64,000 bases of DNA from Thermodiscus sp. (lineage in GTDB: Archaea > Thermoproteota > Thermoprotei_A > Sulfolobales > Acidilobaceae), in NCBI GenBank assembly GCA_015523485.1, contig WAKH01000004.1:1667-65666 (forward strand), written 5' to 3'. The position numbers and the translations under genes are program-made. A model generated the notes under the pieces. That model searched no databases, was not told the DNA's origin, and saw only the letters and a list, made by a program, of their open reading frames with translations. Every line of letters starts with the position of its first letter. Position 1 is the first letter of the stretch. Below are positions 18,032 through 28,408 of the stretch, piece by piece.

Positions 18032-19735
18032 TTATTTATGAGATAATATTGCGATGTACTCGTCACCGCTTATTTGATCTAGTCTAATGAAGCCGAACCT
18101 AAAGAGCTGTAGACGGGCGTCTATCTTGTACTCTCTGATTGCTGATTCGATATAGCCGTCATAAATTCTGAACTCTAGTCCCTGCGGCTCCATAACCTTT
18201 AGCTTGACTGATTTACTGGCTGGAACCCACTGGATTATTGGTAGCTTCCTTTGCCGGGCATAGTCTAACTCTACATTGATAAGCTTGGCGGCTCCGTTCT
18301 CTATGGAGAAGTTTCCTAACCCCATTAAACGTATATCGCGTCTATCTAGATCGTTCTTATTGACTAGTATTTTCTCTCTAGGACATACTTGTATCTCCCT
18401 TTTCCTCTCGGGCCTGTCGGGGTGATATGGTATACTGGCAGTCATGCATTCGTTTATATCTAGGGTGATCTCGACTGGGTCCCACACGAACATTAACCTA
18501 TCTGCTATTGGGTCAAGTATCTTCCTGTTTGTGGCGGCAAGGTTGTCCCAGCTTATTTTTGCGTCTCCACGCTTTATGCCAACTTCTAGTATTAGCTGGC
18601 GGATTGCTTCAGGAAGGATTCCTCTCCTTCTTAATCCGGCGATTGTCCCGAATCTTGGGTCGTCGAAGCCCATGAATTTATCCGGGTTCTCCTCCATTAG
18701 ACTCCTGATGTAGCTTTTACTCATGATGAATCCTTCTAGTTTCAGCCTTCCAAAATGTATGAACTCGGGTGGATCCCAGTTCATACACCTGTATACGTAT
18801 AATTGTTTTTCGGTGTTTACCTGGTGTTCTTTTCCACGTAACACGTGTGTTACGCCCATCATGTGGTCGTCGACACTAACAGCGAAGTTATAGGTGGGCC
18901 ATACCACGTATTTTGAGCCTACGAGAGGGTGAGGGTAACGCTCGGTATCTATGATCCTAAAGGCGACCCAATCCCTGACGCTTGGGTTGGGATGACTTAG
19001 ATCGGTCTTCATTCTTACAACGGCTTCTCCTTCGCCATAGTAGCCCTCCAGCATCTTATCAAACTGTTCAAGCTGCCATTCAACACTGTTGTTCCTCGTT
19101 TCACAGGATTTGCCTGCTCTAAGTAGTTCTCTGGATTTCTCCTTGCATAGGTCGATATAGGCACATCCCCGCTTAATGACTTCGCGAGCTACATCGTAGA
19201 ATATCTCAATCCTCTGACTCTGAATGTATTCTTCATGCCATACAACGTTTAACCATCTTAGATCTTCTTTTATGAGGTCGTAAGCCTCTATCATCGGTCT
19301 TTTGGTTCTGGGATCGGTATCCTCGAATCTTAGTATCATTCTGCCTTTGTACATCTTAGCGTATTCGTCGCTTAGGATCGCTGGCCTCGCATTACCTAGG
19401 TGAATAACGAAGTCTGGATTAGGCGCGAATCGGGTGACCACTTTTCCTTCGACTGCATTAGGTAGTGGGGGTAGGGTTTTCTCCTCCTTCTTTTCCTTTT
19501 CTTCACGTAGTAGCCACTCGTACTCTTCTTCGAGTATCCTTTTCTGCTCTGATAGTGGTAGTTTATTTATTTCATTGACGTATTTTTGGACGAGCTTCAC
19601 TACTTCTTTCGCTCGCGGTTTCAAGTCAGGGTTGTCTCCTAGTATCATGGACATTACACTACCTACTCGTGCTTGACCGCCATGTCTCACCGCGTTCTTC
19701 AATACGTAGCCCTTCACCAGCTTTTCTAGGTTCAA
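18032..19735 (-). CDS. gltX: Glutamyl-tRNA synthetase (archaeal/eukaryal type)
   Basis: RFAPNPDFVIHLGNARPA (HIGH), RFEDTDPRTKRP and a KMSKS-equivalent IMSKS. Confidence 0.92.
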   Translation of the reverse strand: MNLEKLVKGYVLKNAVRHGGQARVGSVMSMILGDNPDLKPRAKEVVKLVQKYVNEINKLPLSEQKRILEEEYEWLLREEKEKKEEKTLPPLPNAVEGKVVTRFAPNPDFVIHLGNARPAILSDEYAKMYKGRMILRFEDTDPRTKRPMIEAYDLIKEDLRWLNVVWHEEYIQSQRIEIFYDVAREVIKRGCAYIDLCKEKSRELLRAGKSCETRNNSVEWQLEQFDKMLEGYYGEGEAVVRMKTDLSHPNPSVRDWVAFRIIDTERYPHPLVGSKYVVWPTYNFAVSVDDHMMGVTHVLRGKEHQVNTEKQLYVYRCMNWDPPEFIHFGRLKLEGFIMSKSYIRSLMEENPDKFMGFDDPRFGTIAGLRRRGILPEAIRQLILEVGIKRGDAKISWDNLAATNRKILDPIADRLMFVWDPVEITLDINECMTASIPYHPDRPERKREIQVCPREKILVNKNDLDRRDIRLMGLGNFSIENGAAKLINVELDYARQRKLPIIQWVPASKSVKLKVMEPQGLEFRIYDGYIESAIREYKIDARLQLFRFGFIRLDQISGDEYIAILSHK

Positions 19736-19756
19736 ATCTTCTGACCCCCTGGAAAC

Positions 19757-20260
19757 CTATTGTTCAGGCTCGAGTATAATGAGGTTCTCCTCTCCAACTA
19801 GGATAGCCACGTATTTAGGTGGGTGTGTTCCTGGAATCCAGGCGATGTAGAGAACTGTCGCTTCATGATCAACCCTAATGGTCCTAGTTTCTCCTTTTCC
19901 TGTTAAGACATATGCCAGTACGTCATTCTTCTTTAGGTCATCCCCTTCGTAAGCGTAGAAGATTGTTTGTACACCGCCTACTTCGTAAACATATACTGGC
20001 GTGTTCCGCTGGACGTACATTGCTTTGTCGCCTTTCCAAGGGACTCTGACCGCTATCCCACGCGTCGTTACGCTATTTTCGAGGTCTATTGCAAGCTCTA
20101 GTGCTTTCTCGTATATTGTCTTGCCTAGAGCATTCTCCGCTGGTTCCTTGGTTATTTTGTATCGGTTGTTCGATATGTCCGGGATCAGATATTCGTCAGA
20201 CTCGACTGATTCGACGTATACTATGGGGAATCGATAGTCGCTGGGTGAGTATTCTGACAC
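19757..20260 (-). CDS. Conserved hypothetical protein (possible DUF2118-like hybrid-barrel domain)
   Basis: 167 aa. The C-terminal KKNDVLAYVLTGKGETRTIRVDHEATVLYI resembles a lipoyl/biotinyl-like hybrid motif. The GTG start directly abuts the GGPPS stop (TAGGTG). Confidence 0.45.
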   Translation of the reverse strand: MSEYSPSDYRFPIVYVESVESDEYLIPDISNNRYKITKEPAENALGKTIYEKALELAIDLENSVTTRGIAVRVPWKGDKAMYVQRNTPVYVYEVGGVQTIFYAYEGDDLKKNDVLAYVLTGKGETRTIRVDHEATVLYIAWIPGTHPPKYVAILVGEENLIILEPEQ

Positions 20261-21289
20261 CTATTTCTCCCTCTCGATGGAGAATCTTGCTAGTTCTTTT
20301 AAGATGTTGGCGTGTGTTTGGTCTTCTACAAGGCCCGAGGATTCAATATCTTCTATTATTGAGATGGCATTCTGTGAATACGTTTGCGCCAGCTTTATCG
20401 CATAGTCGAGTGCACCGGTTTCTTTGATAATATCTGCTGCTCTCCTTAGAAGCTCTTCGTCTTCTACATTGCCCTTGAGTATCCTGGCCAGTATTTCACG
20501 GTCTTCGCCATGGGAGTGTTTTAGAGCATAAAGGACGAGGATTGTCTTCTTTCCTCTTCTGAGATCGTTGAAGACAGGTTTGCCTGTCTTTTTGGGATCA
20601 CCATATACGCCTAGTATATCGTCCCTTATTTGGAAAGCTATACCCACGAAAGCACCATATTCTCCAAGTCTCTCTATTATGGGCATGGGTGCATTCGCAG
20701 CGATCCCCCCTAGCTTCGCACTTGTTTCAATGAGTGCTCCAGTCTTCAGGTAGATCATGTTAAGATAATCGTGATAATCAACCTCTTCTTCCTCTTCGAA
20801 CCTCATATCATACGCTTGGCCCTGGGAAACCCTTATGCTAGCCTCAGTCAGTGCTTCAACAGCCATTCTGATTTGTTTGTCGGATAGACCTCTTTGACGG
20901 GCTAGTAGTATCGATTTATAGGAGAGGCCGAATAGGAGATCGCCAGCCAGTATGGCTACAGGCTCTCCCCAGACTTTATGGACTGTTTTTACACCTCTCC
21001 TCATCTCATCCTGGTCCATTATATCGTCGTGGATTAACGTGAATGTGTGGAAAACTTCTGTGGCGACCGCTAATGGTAGCGCCTTCGACTCTGCTTCTTG
21101 TCCTCCTAGCATTCTAGCAACTGCTAGTGTTATAATCGGCCTAAGCCTCTTTCCACCAGCCCTTATCAGGTGTAGCGAGGCTTCATAGAGATGCTCTGGG
21201 CTTCCCTTCACTAGTTCTTTATAGATGAATAAGTCGATGAGTGATGGGTACTTTTCTAAGGCTTTTGCAAGGTTACTGTATGACTCCAT
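20261..21289 (-). CDS. idsA: Geranylgeranyl diphosphate synthase (trans-polyprenyl synthetase)
   Basis: FARM motif FTLIHDDIMDQD and SARM motif FQIRDDILG. Confidence 0.9.
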   Translation of the reverse strand: MESYSNLAKALEKYPSLIDLFIYKELVKGSPEHLYEASLHLIRAGGKRLRPIITLAVARMLGGQEAESKALPLAVATEVFHTFTLIHDDIMDQDEMRRGVKTVHKVWGEPVAILAGDLLFGLSYKSILLARQRGLSDKQIRMAVEALTEASIRVSQGQAYDMRFEEEEEVDYHDYLNMIYLKTGALIETSAKLGGIAANAPMPIIERLGEYGAFVGIAFQIRDDILGVYGDPKKTGKPVFNDLRRGKKTILVLYALKHSHGEDREILARILKGNVEDEELLRRAADIIKETGALDYAIKLAQTYSQNAISIIEDIESSGLVEDQTHANILKELARFSIEREK

Positions 21290-22431
21290 GATCTAACCCT
21301 CAATGGCTCCAACCTAACAAGGGAAATGTAACGCTCTAAATCTATTCCTCTCATAGTTAATTCTTCCTTTAGTTTACCAGTTATAGTGATGGGTGTCCTC
21401 CACAGATCCCAAGGCGTTCTACTACCAGTTAAGTATAGGATCGTCTTCACTTGGTAGAGTATGTTATCAATGTATTCTCTGAGACCCTCGTAGCCGTTCC
21501 TGAGGAGGACCTTTAGCGCTGGTAGCGCAATACCCGCTATATCCGCGCCGAGAGCAAGAACTTTACCAACATCTAGACCGTTCCGCACACCGCCACTACC
21601 GACAATGTATGCGCCGGGTGCTGCATACCTGGCTTCGACTACAGCTATAGCGGTCGGGTTCCCCCAGTAATCGGCTAAGGGACCCGCTGGTAAGGGCTTC
21701 TCTCCTCGCAGAGCTGACCTGATTACCTCAACCTTTACCCAGTTAGTGCCGCCCAAACCAGCTACGTCGAAGCACTTGACGCCTAGATTGTAGAGTTCAC
21801 GTATTGTTTCGTAGGAGAGGCCAGTACCAGTTTCCTTAATTATTACGGGTGTGTCTAATCCGTCGGCTAACTCAACGATTCGAGTGATCACATTCCTATA
21901 GTAGGGATCGCCCTCCTTTTGGTATGCTTCCTGAGCCGGATTCAGGTGGATAGCGATGGCATCTGCTTCAATCATGTTTATAGCTTCGAGCGCCTCTCTC
22001 AGTCCATAACTTTTTGAGAGCTGGGGTGCCCCAATGTTAGCCACTAGGAAAGCGTTGGGAGCAGCCTCGCGTGCTACCTTGTACGTGTAGATAAGATTGG
22101 GGTCCTCGATGCCAGCCCGCTGGCTACCTACTCCCATTATCAAGCCATATTCTTCCGCGACCCTTGCAAGTTCCTGGTTTATCTTGGCCACGTCGGGATG
22201 TCCGCCCGTCATGCCAGTAATCATGAGTGGGGTCTCTACACGCCTTCCACAGAATTCGGTTTCAAGTTTCACATCGTCTAAATCTAGTTCAGGCAAGGGA
22301 TTGTGGACTAGTCTAACATTTTCTAGGAGAGTGGTGTGCAGGGATTCTACGCCTCTTTCCAATACTGCCCTTATGTGGTCTAGTTTTCTCTCTCGTGTCA
22401 AATTATTCTCTACGTTATTTTCTTCTACCAC
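21256..22431 (-). CDS. fni: Isopentenyl-diphosphate delta-isomerase, type 2 (FMN-dependent)
   Basis: ITGMTGGHPDVAKINQELARVAEEYGLIMGVGSQRAG and a TIM-barrel FMN-binding tail GSGGVRNGLDVGKVLALGAD. Confidence 0.9.
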   Translation of the reverse strand: MVEENNVENNLTRERKLDHIRAVLERGVESLHTTLLENVRLVHNPLPELDLDDVKLETEFCGRRVETPLMITGMTGGHPDVAKINQELARVAEEYGLIMGVGSQRAGIEDPNLIYTYKVAREAAPNAFLVANIGAPQLSKSYGLREALEAINMIEADAIAIHLNPAQEAYQKEGDPYYRNVITRIVELADGLDTPVIIKETGTGLSYETIRELYNLGVKCFDVAGLGGTNWVKVEVIRSALRGEKPLPAGPLADYWGNPTAIAVVEARYAAPGAYIVGSGGVRNGLDVGKVLALGADIAGIALPALKVLLRNGYEGLREYIDNILYQVKTILYLTGSRTPWDLWRTPITITGKLKEELTMRGIDLERYISLVRLEPLRVRSWSHTVTLQKP

Positions 22432-23203
22432 GGTTAACCAGCCTCTTCTGGGAGTCTACTATAATGGATCCTGCCTCTCCACCGCCGAGTACCTTCTCTA
22501 GGCCATCTATGTCTAGAATTCTTATTTCAACGTCGTGGTTACTACTGTATTCTAATGCGGCATGCACTTTCTTCTTCATTCCGCCAGTTACATCGTAACC
22601 CTTTGTTCCAAGGTCGGATACTTGATCGATGTTCGTGACTCTCCTTATGATTTGGCCTTCTTTGTCCAGCACTCCTGGCTCGCTGGTTACGAAGTATATT
22701 TTTCTGGCTCCGAGGGCGGAGGATATCCAGAAGGCCAGATCATCGCCGCTGATTATTGCGTATCCCCTGTCTCCATAGACTATGTCGCCATAAGTCATGG
22801 GGACAAGGCCGTTCTCGAGGTCTTCATATAGCAGTTCAAAGTTACAATCAGCCGATTTTCTACAGAGCACATGGCCGGGGTATAGGGTTACTGGGATGCC
22901 TTCATCTATGAAGGCCTTGGTGATTATTGTTGCTAGCTCTAGCATCTTATACTGGACAAATGCGACATCTATAACGTCGAGTATACCCTTACGTTGACTA
23001 ATCTCGCTGACAGCGGTGTGCCCGAAACTTCCCCCTCCATGGACTAGTACTAGGCGTTTACCGGCTCTGTAATTCTTGAATATTATTTTTGATAATCTTT
23101 TAATTGCGTCATGGTTGACTGTGTATGGTTTCTCTTTGACGGTTACAACGCTTCCTCCTAACTTGATTACGATTGGTTCAACTAGTTCCTTACTGTGAAT
23201 CAC
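22415..23203 (-). CDS. ipk: Isopentenyl phosphate kinase (amino-acid-kinase fold)
   Basis: IKLGGSVVTVKEKPYT...LVLVHGGGSFGHTAV matches the IPK signature. Confidence 0.85.
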   Translation of the reverse strand: MIHSKELVEPIVIKLGGSVVTVKEKPYTVNHDAIKRLSKIIFKNYRAGKRLVLVHGGGSFGHTAVSEISQRKGILDVIDVAFVQYKMLELATIITKAFIDEGIPVTLYPGHVLCRKSADCNFELLYEDLENGLVPMTYGDIVYGDRGYAIISGDDLAFWISSALGARKIYFVTSEPGVLDKEGQIIRRVTNIDQVSDLGTKGYDVTGGMKKKVHAALEYSSNHDVEIRILDIDGLEKVLGGGEAGSIIVDSQKRLVNRGRRK

Positions 23204-23209
23204 TTTTTA

Positions 23210-23989
23210 TCACCAGCAGTGTATCTCGAACTCCCCAGGCAACCCCGGTTCCAATAAACAGTTGGGAGGTGGGTATTCAATCCTCCAGGTGCTTGTTATA
23301 ATACTGTTTTGAAGTCTACCCAACGTATCAACAATGGCTGCAAGTGATTCATTCTCCCTAATACGTACCGTTCCTTCTAGGACTAGCACACCGACTAGAT
23401 GCACGAGTGCATTATATACGTCGCCGCCTAGATTATCGCGTAAGAGAAACTGGGATTTAGCCTCTACTACCCCTTTGAAGATCGTGTCGGCTGTCCTTTT
23501 TACATCAATCTTGGCGAACTCCTCATCATTGCGATATACTGCTGGTGTCCCAGTAATCACAGAGTATCTTAGGGCATCTATAACATAGGACCAACCACTA
23601 GGTTTATCGAAGGGATCGGCGTATCTAGCTAACTCGATTATCTCCCATGAGTCAAGACTCTCTCCATAGTATTTAGCTATAGCATACATTAACAGGGTGG
23701 TTAGTAATGCATATGTGCCAGCTGGACTATTTGAACCGTTTAATCTCGCATCTACCTCTACACATATGTTCTTTGAGATCTCATCAAGGTTCTTAACGAA
23801 CGACTTGACTAGGTTGCCAACGCTTTCAGGGACACCATTGACGGATATTGATGTAGGGTTACATTTCTCGAACTTGAATGAAGCACTCGCCTTCCGAGTA
23901 GGCACTGCGAGGAAGGGGTTCTCGGATGTTGATAGTGGTACTCCGAGAAGGATGACTGGTATCCTCGCTGCTAGCTTGTACTCCTTCAT
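23210..23989 (-). CDS. Hypothetical protein, possibly a degenerate GHMP-kinase-fold protein
   Basis: 259 aa. ICVEVDARLNGSNSPAGTYALLTTLLMYAIAKYYGESLDSWEIIELARYAD aligns by eye to the GHMP motif-2 region (strand, PxGSGLGSSAA, helix), but the glycine/serine P-loop is absent. It occupies the slot just upstream of ipk. Confidence 0.4.
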   Translation of the reverse strand: MKEYKLAARIPVILLGVPLSTSENPFLAVPTRKASASFKFEKCNPTSISVNGVPESVGNLVKSFVKNLDEISKNICVEVDARLNGSNSPAGTYALLTTLLMYAIAKYYGESLDSWEIIELARYADPFDKPSGWSYVIDALRYSVITGTPAVYRNDEEFAKIDVKRTADTIFKGVVEAKSQFLLRDNLGGDVYNALVHLVGVLVLEGTVRIRENESLAAIVDTLGRLQNSIITSTWRIEYPPPNCLLEPGLPGEFEIHCW

Positions 23990-24009
23990 GCGCCATCACT
24001 ATTGTCACG

Positions 24010-24876
24010 CTACTCTGATTGGGCCGGGAACTTTATAGATGCGTAACCTACTACCCAGTCTTTCTCACCAGTAATATCGCCCGAGGTTGCATGCTTCAAC
24101 AGTATTGGTTTTGGCGATACTGTCTTCAAGGCATAATTTATTAATGCGGCGACACCGACAGGACCACACATCGTGATGTTATATCTTTCCAATTCTTGAT
24201 AGAGGCCTGCATCATCTAGTGCAATGATCTTTGATATCGCTAGTTGATCTTTCTCTACCGTAACGTCATGTGGCTCATAGTGGTTGAAGTCAGTGCTGGC
24301 CAACACCACCATGTCTATACCGTGTTCTTCGTGTATTTTGGCGAGGGTCGTGCCTAAGTCCCGTGCAACCTCTAACGTCTGCACGTATATCGTGATAGGA
24401 ACAATAGGCACATTTCCATAAATGTACTGTATAAAGGGTACTTGGACTTCTAAGCTATGCTCATACATGTGTGCTTCGTTATCGAATGAGAAGAACTGGG
24501 AATATTCGACTACTAGCTTGGCAACATCCTTTTCGACGTCTATTACGCCGAGCGGTGTCTCCCAGGCGTCTCCCTTGTATACTGCGGCACCTAGGCCTAT
24601 TCCATTATGGTTTGGACCTATTATCACAATGACGTCCGGCTTTTTGCGATGTGCCAAATCATAGTAGGCATGAGCAGCGACTGGTCCACTATACATGTAT
24701 CCCGCATGTGGGACCACATAGCCTATTGAGTGCCTATGTTCTCCTCCCCTTACAGGGAGTTTTCCTGGTCCATGAGGGTGGAGGAAGGAGTTCTCTATAG
24801 CCTCAATTAGTGCATCTTTACGTGCGGGATAGAAGGTGCCTGCATGTGCAGGCCTTCGGATCTCGCGTAATGTCAT
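24010..24876 (-). CDS. MEMO1-family protein (AmmeMemoRadiSam system protein B-like)
   Basis: RRPAHAGTFYP...VVPHAGYMYSGPVAAHAY...IIGPNH are Memo family blocks. Confidence 0.85.
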   Translation of the reverse strand: MTLREIRRPAHAGTFYPARKDALIEAIENSFLHPHGPGKLPVRGGEHRHSIGYVVPHAGYMYSGPVAAHAYYDLAHRKKPDVIVIIGPNHNGIGLGAAVYKGDAWETPLGVIDVEKDVAKLVVEYSQFFSFDNEAHMYEHSLEVQVPFIQYIYGNVPIVPITIYVQTLEVARDLGTTLAKIHEEHGIDMVVLASTDFNHYEPHDVTVEKDQLAISKIIALDDAGLYQELERYNITMCGPVGVAALINYALKTVSPKPILLKHATSGDITGEKDWVVGYASIKFPAQSE

Positions 24877-24938
24877 CTATAGACCCCTATTAGAATCATA
24901 GTCGAGGAGGGTAGAATAAGGATATGGTGTTTAGTAGG

Positions 24939-25559
24939 TTATCTTCTTATCCTGCTGGCCATGAAGGCCTCGTATTCGACGTCAAGAGAATCTGTCGGGC
25001 CGATCTCTCCCCTGCTTCTCAGGATTTCCCTTGTTAGTATCCAGTATAGGAGGGCTAGACTCCTTCTTCCCTTGTTGTTAGCCGGGATGACGAGGTCTAT
25101 GTTCTCAATCCTGTTATCAGTGTCTGCAAAGGCTACGACGGGGACTCCTATCTTCGTCGCCTCTATGACGGCTTGCTTGTCGGTTCTCGGGTCGGTTACG
25201 AATACTACGTCGGGTTCCATGTAATACTCCAGATATGGGTTCGTGAAGATTCCTGGGATTACGCGGCCAGTTATCGCTTTACAACCCACTCTTTCACACA
25301 TCATCCTAGCAGGCTTCTGGCCATATAGCCTGACGGATACAACAGCTATCTTCTCCGGCGGGAATTTTGAGAGGAAGTTAGCTGCCACTCTCAGGCGCTC
25401 ATCAATCTTAGCCACGTCAAGTAGGTAGAATCCGTCTGGCAGTATCTTATAGGTGAATCTCTTCATATACTTGGTACAGATCTGAGTTCCGAACACCACT
25501 CCAGCCTTCCTATACATCTCCGCTGGAACCAGTAGTTCCCTTGATACAGGCGCGCTCAT
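24939..25559 (-). CDS. rps2: 30S ribosomal protein S2 (uS2)
   Basis: [32 protein letters not shown], in conserved cluster context. Confidence 0.93.
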   Translation of the reverse strand: MSAPVSRELLVPAEMYRKAGVVFGTQICTKYMKRFTYKILPDGFYLLDVAKIDERLRVAANFLSKFPPEKIAVVSVRLYGQKPARMMCERVGCKAITGRVIPGIFTNPYLEYYMEPDVVFVTDPRTDKQAVIEATKIGVPVVAFADTDNRIENIDLVIPANNKGRRSLALLYWILTREILRSRGEIGPTDSLDVEYEAFMASRIRR

Positions 25560-25816
25560 ATCTCACCACCCACTCCCTTCGAGGGCACCGAGTATAGTTT
25601 AACTCTAAGCTCCCTAGTCCTGGGGGAGTCAAACAAGGCGACTTTATCAATATACGTGACGGCGGTGAACAACATTCTCCTACAACAATACCTCTTTACT
25701 CCAAGCTCGTCAAGTACCTTTTCAGGATCTTCACCAGCCGAAACCCTGTCCATAAAAGGTTTCCATAAATGCCCAAGGGGCGCACCGCACGTAAAACATC
25801 TTAGTGGTTGTAGCAT
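25556..25816 (-). CDS. rpoN: DNA-directed RNA polymerase subunit N (Rpb10 homologue), with ~20-aa C-terminal extension
   Basis: [15 protein letters not shown]...[11 protein letters not shown] zinc-binding pattern. ATGA overlap with rps2. Confidence 0.9.
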   Translation of the reverse strand: MLQPLRCFTCGAPLGHLWKPFMDRVSAGEDPEKVLDELGVKRYCCRRMLFTAVTYIDKVALFDSPRTRELRVKLYSVPSKGVGGEI

Positions 25817-25823
25817 TACAGCA

Positions 25824-26273
25824 TCACCTGTAGGACTTCTGCCATCTCCTCCTGGCGCTATATCTCATGTACTTCTCCGGCTCCGTCCTTCTTGGGTCTC
25901 CGGCTAGCATCGACCTGTCATGTTCTTCGAAGATTTGTTTTAGAGCTTCGTGTAGCTTGTTCATCCTTTCGCACTCTGCTCCTCCACCCTCGCACTTGAA
26001 GAATTCAAGTATGCCCCTTGCGATCGCCATTTTGACTGCTTCAGCTTGTCCCATAAACCCGCCTCCTTCTACTACAACCTTTATGTCAAGCATTGACCTG
26101 ATTTGCCTACCAGCAAGTAGTAGAGGCTCCATCATCTTGGCCCTAGCTAGTTCTGGAGTGACGAATTCTATTGGTATACCGTTTATCCAGACCCTGCCCT
26201 TTCCGGGCTTTATTATGGCTCTAGCTATAGCTGTTTTCCTCTTACCGCTTGCTATCACTATCTTGCTCTTCAC
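25824..26273 (-). CDS. rps9: 30S ribosomal protein S9 (uS9)
   Basis: ASGKRKTAIARA..., with a C-terminal RRRWQKSYR. Confidence 0.93.
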   Translation of the reverse strand: MKSKIVIASGKRKTAIARAIIKPGKGRVWINGIPIEFVTPELARAKMMEPLLLAGRQIRSMLDIKVVVEGGGFMGQAEAVKMAIARGILEFFKCEGGGAECERMNKLHEALKQIFEEHDRSMLAGDPRRTEPEKYMRYSARRRWQKSYR

Positions 26274-26734
26274 TCTACCTCACCCTTCCATCCCAACTCC
26301 TTCGCTATTCTACCGAGTTCGACGTAGCTCCTCGCTAATCTGCTGGAGTCAGCCTCCTTAAATTTAACCAGCTCCTTGCCCTTGAAGTCCTCTGGCACAC
26401 CAACATATACTTTCAATCGCTTTAACGCTTCCCTTCCCCGCTTATTGTGTTTGGGAAGCATTCCCCAAACGGTATCCTTGAACAAGCGGATTGGGGATCT
26501 AGGCCTCTTAGGCCTCCACTTGTGAGCGTGATGGCTTCTTACTGAGAGGATTGTCCTCTTGTATGCCTTTATTACCTCGCTGGGCTTACCGCTCACAACT
26601 ACTTTGTCGACGTTAACAACAACTACCTTGTAGCCCTCCAATAGCTTCTTTGCAATGATACTGGCAAGTCTACCTAGGATTAACCCCGAACCATCAACGA
26701 TTATCTCTTTGGACTTTACAGTCTCGGACACCAC
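26270..26734 (-). CDS. rpl13: 50S ribosomal protein L13 (uL13)
   Basis: IVDGSGLILGRLASIIAKKLLEG. Confidence 0.93.
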   Translation of the reverse strand: MVSETVKSKEIIVDGSGLILGRLASIIAKKLLEGYKVVVVNVDKVVVSGKPSEVIKAYKRTILSVRSHHAHKWRPKRPRSPIRLFKDTVWGMLPKHNKRGREALKRLKVYVGVPEDFKGKELVKFKEADSSRLARSYVELGRIAKELGWKGEVE

Positions 26735-26742
26735 TTACCACC

Positions 26743-27105
26743 TCACACGATTATCCTGGTCTTCTTACCCTCCGGGTTCTCGCGAAGAGCTTGTGATAAC
26801 GTTAACGCCCGTGAGCCGGCCGCTTTAATCTTCTCCAACGCTGACTCGGAGAATGAGAAGGCGGCGATTGTGACCTTCTTTTCAAGCAATCCTCCACCTA
26901 GCACCTTTCCTGGAACTATCACCATCTCGCCTTCCTCGGCATAACGATTGATCTTAGACAGATTTACCTCGACCCTCCTCCTTGTCGGCTTTACTAGGTA
27001 CTCGGCTACCGCTTCCCAAACCGGGGCCTTATTTCTTCTAGCCGCTTTTCTCAACTCGTCCGCGAGCTTCCTAGCCAATATGTTCGTCGGACCCGTCCTC
27101 TTCAC
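26743..27105 (-). CDS. rpl18e: 50S ribosomal protein L18e (eL18)
   Basis: [30 protein letters not shown], in cluster context. Confidence 0.9.
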   Translation of the reverse strand: MKRTGPTNILARKLADELRKAARRNKAPVWEAVAEYLVKPTRRRVEVNLSKINRYAEEGEMVIVPGKVLGGGLLEKKVTIAAFSFSESALEKIKAAGSRALTLSQALRENPEGKKTRIIV

Positions 27106-27962
27106 ATTCCCTCACCTTTTGCCTCCTTTAGGCTAGCCAGTAGCGCCTTAGCCCTGGACTCTAGGGCCTCAATGGATTCTAAAACTATTTTCTCTGGTGG
27201 GAGAGCACCAGTAGATTCAATAGTGAGGATAAGCTTATCCTCACTATATACGACCTCGATCGCGCCAGAACACTCAGACTCAGCACAGTATAATAGACCG
27301 CTCGTATTGGTGTCCGGTGGGATCTCGATAGTCCCCTTTGACTTGGACTTCAATTTCTTTACGAGGTCTGGATAGGATTGGAGGCATTTTAAGCACTCTT
27401 TAGACGCCTTGGAACCATCATAGTTAACCTGGGTTGAATATCTTAGGATCGCCACTGTTGCAGGACTCCACTTGGAGTGCTCCTTACCCCTACCCAGCCT
27501 AGCATAGGCTACGGCGTGGACTCTCTGACCCGGGATGAGGTAGAGTAGCGGAGTTTCAGGATATACTATCCTTGTAATGTTTGAATCTATTGCTATCTCC
27601 CCCGCTAGTACGTATCGGCCTTGCTGTTCCTTCTCGTCAACCTCAACGTTGAGTATTAACTTAACAAAGCAAGACTCGTCCGACTCGTCGGCATTGATGC
27701 ATTCTTCTGGCGATTTGAGCTTCTTTATGGCCTCCGAGCTATCGAGAACCACTAGACCCATTCTATGGGCGAGGATCTCGTCGAACACGCTTGAGGAGTT
27801 CTCGTAGATATGTAGGAAGTCCACTGCTAAAGTGGGTACGTCTGAGAGGGCTAGCCTCCTTAGTGCATTGACAAGTACTACGGGATAGCCGGATATTTGT
27901 AACCGTATCTCGTTGTCCTTCTTCTCCAGCACCTGGATGGATTTGCTTGAACTCTTAGGCAA
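27102..27962 (-). CDS. rpoD: DNA-directed RNA polymerase subunit D (Rpb3 homologue)
   Basis: [17 protein letters not shown] dimerisation-domain motif and a Cys-rich insert (CLKCLQ...CAESECSG). Position between L18e and S11. Confidence 0.9.
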   Translation of the reverse strand: MPKSSSKSIQVLEKKDNEIRLQISGYPVVLVNALRRLALSDVPTLAVDFLHIYENSSSVFDEILAHRMGLVVLDSSEAIKKLKSPEECINADESDESCFVKLILNVEVDEKEQQGRYVLAGEIAIDSNITRIVYPETPLLYLIPGQRVHAVAYARLGRGKEHSKWSPATVAILRYSTQVNYDGSKASKECLKCLQSYPDLVKKLKSKSKGTIEIPPDTNTSGLLYCAESECSGAIEVVYSEDKLILTIESTGALPPEKIVLESIEALESRAKALLASLKEAKGEGM

Positions 27963-27988
27963 TATACAAACACCTCAGGATTGGCTGG

Positions 27989-28390
27989 CTAGACTCTTCT
28001 ACCTCTCCTACCGCCTGGACGCCTTGTCGTGTCGTGTGGTATCGGCGTAACGTCTTCAATCCTACCAATTATGAATCCTGCCCTGGCTAGTGCTCTAATA
28101 GCTGCCTGTGCCCCTGGCCCTGGAGTCTTTGGGCCATGACCTCCGGGTGCTCTAACCTTTATGTGGATAGCTACAATCCCCCTAGCCATCGCCTGTTGAG
28201 CTGCCCTGCTGGCGGCGATCATAGCAGCGTAGGGCGATGGCTTCTCTCTGTCTGCTCTAACAACCATACCACCGGTTACACGAGCAACGGTCTCTGCTCC
28301 AGTTAGGTCAGTGATGTGCACGATTGTATTGTTGAAGCTGCTATAGATATGGGCCACACCCCACTTGAGTTCTCTCATTGGAAACGCCAT
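27989..28390 (-). CDS. rps11: 30S ribosomal protein S11 (uS11)
   Basis: [24 protein letters not shown]...[10 protein letters not shown]. Confidence 0.93.
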   Translation of the reverse strand: MAFPMRELKWGVAHIYSSFNNTIVHITDLTGAETVARVTGGMVVRADREKPSPYAAMIAASRAAQQAMARGIVAIHIKVRAPGGHGPKTPGPGAQAAIRALARAGFIIGRIEDVTPIPHDTTRRPGGRRGRRV

Positions 28391-28408
28391 ACTACGTCAC
28401 CTCCCCCC

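Noticed and set aside
25556-25620. About 20-aa C-terminal extension of RpoN relative to the usual ~65-aa protein.
   Set aside because: It is probably a lineage-specific tail created by the ATGA-coupled junction with rps2. It cannot be evaluated without orthologues, so it has low value.
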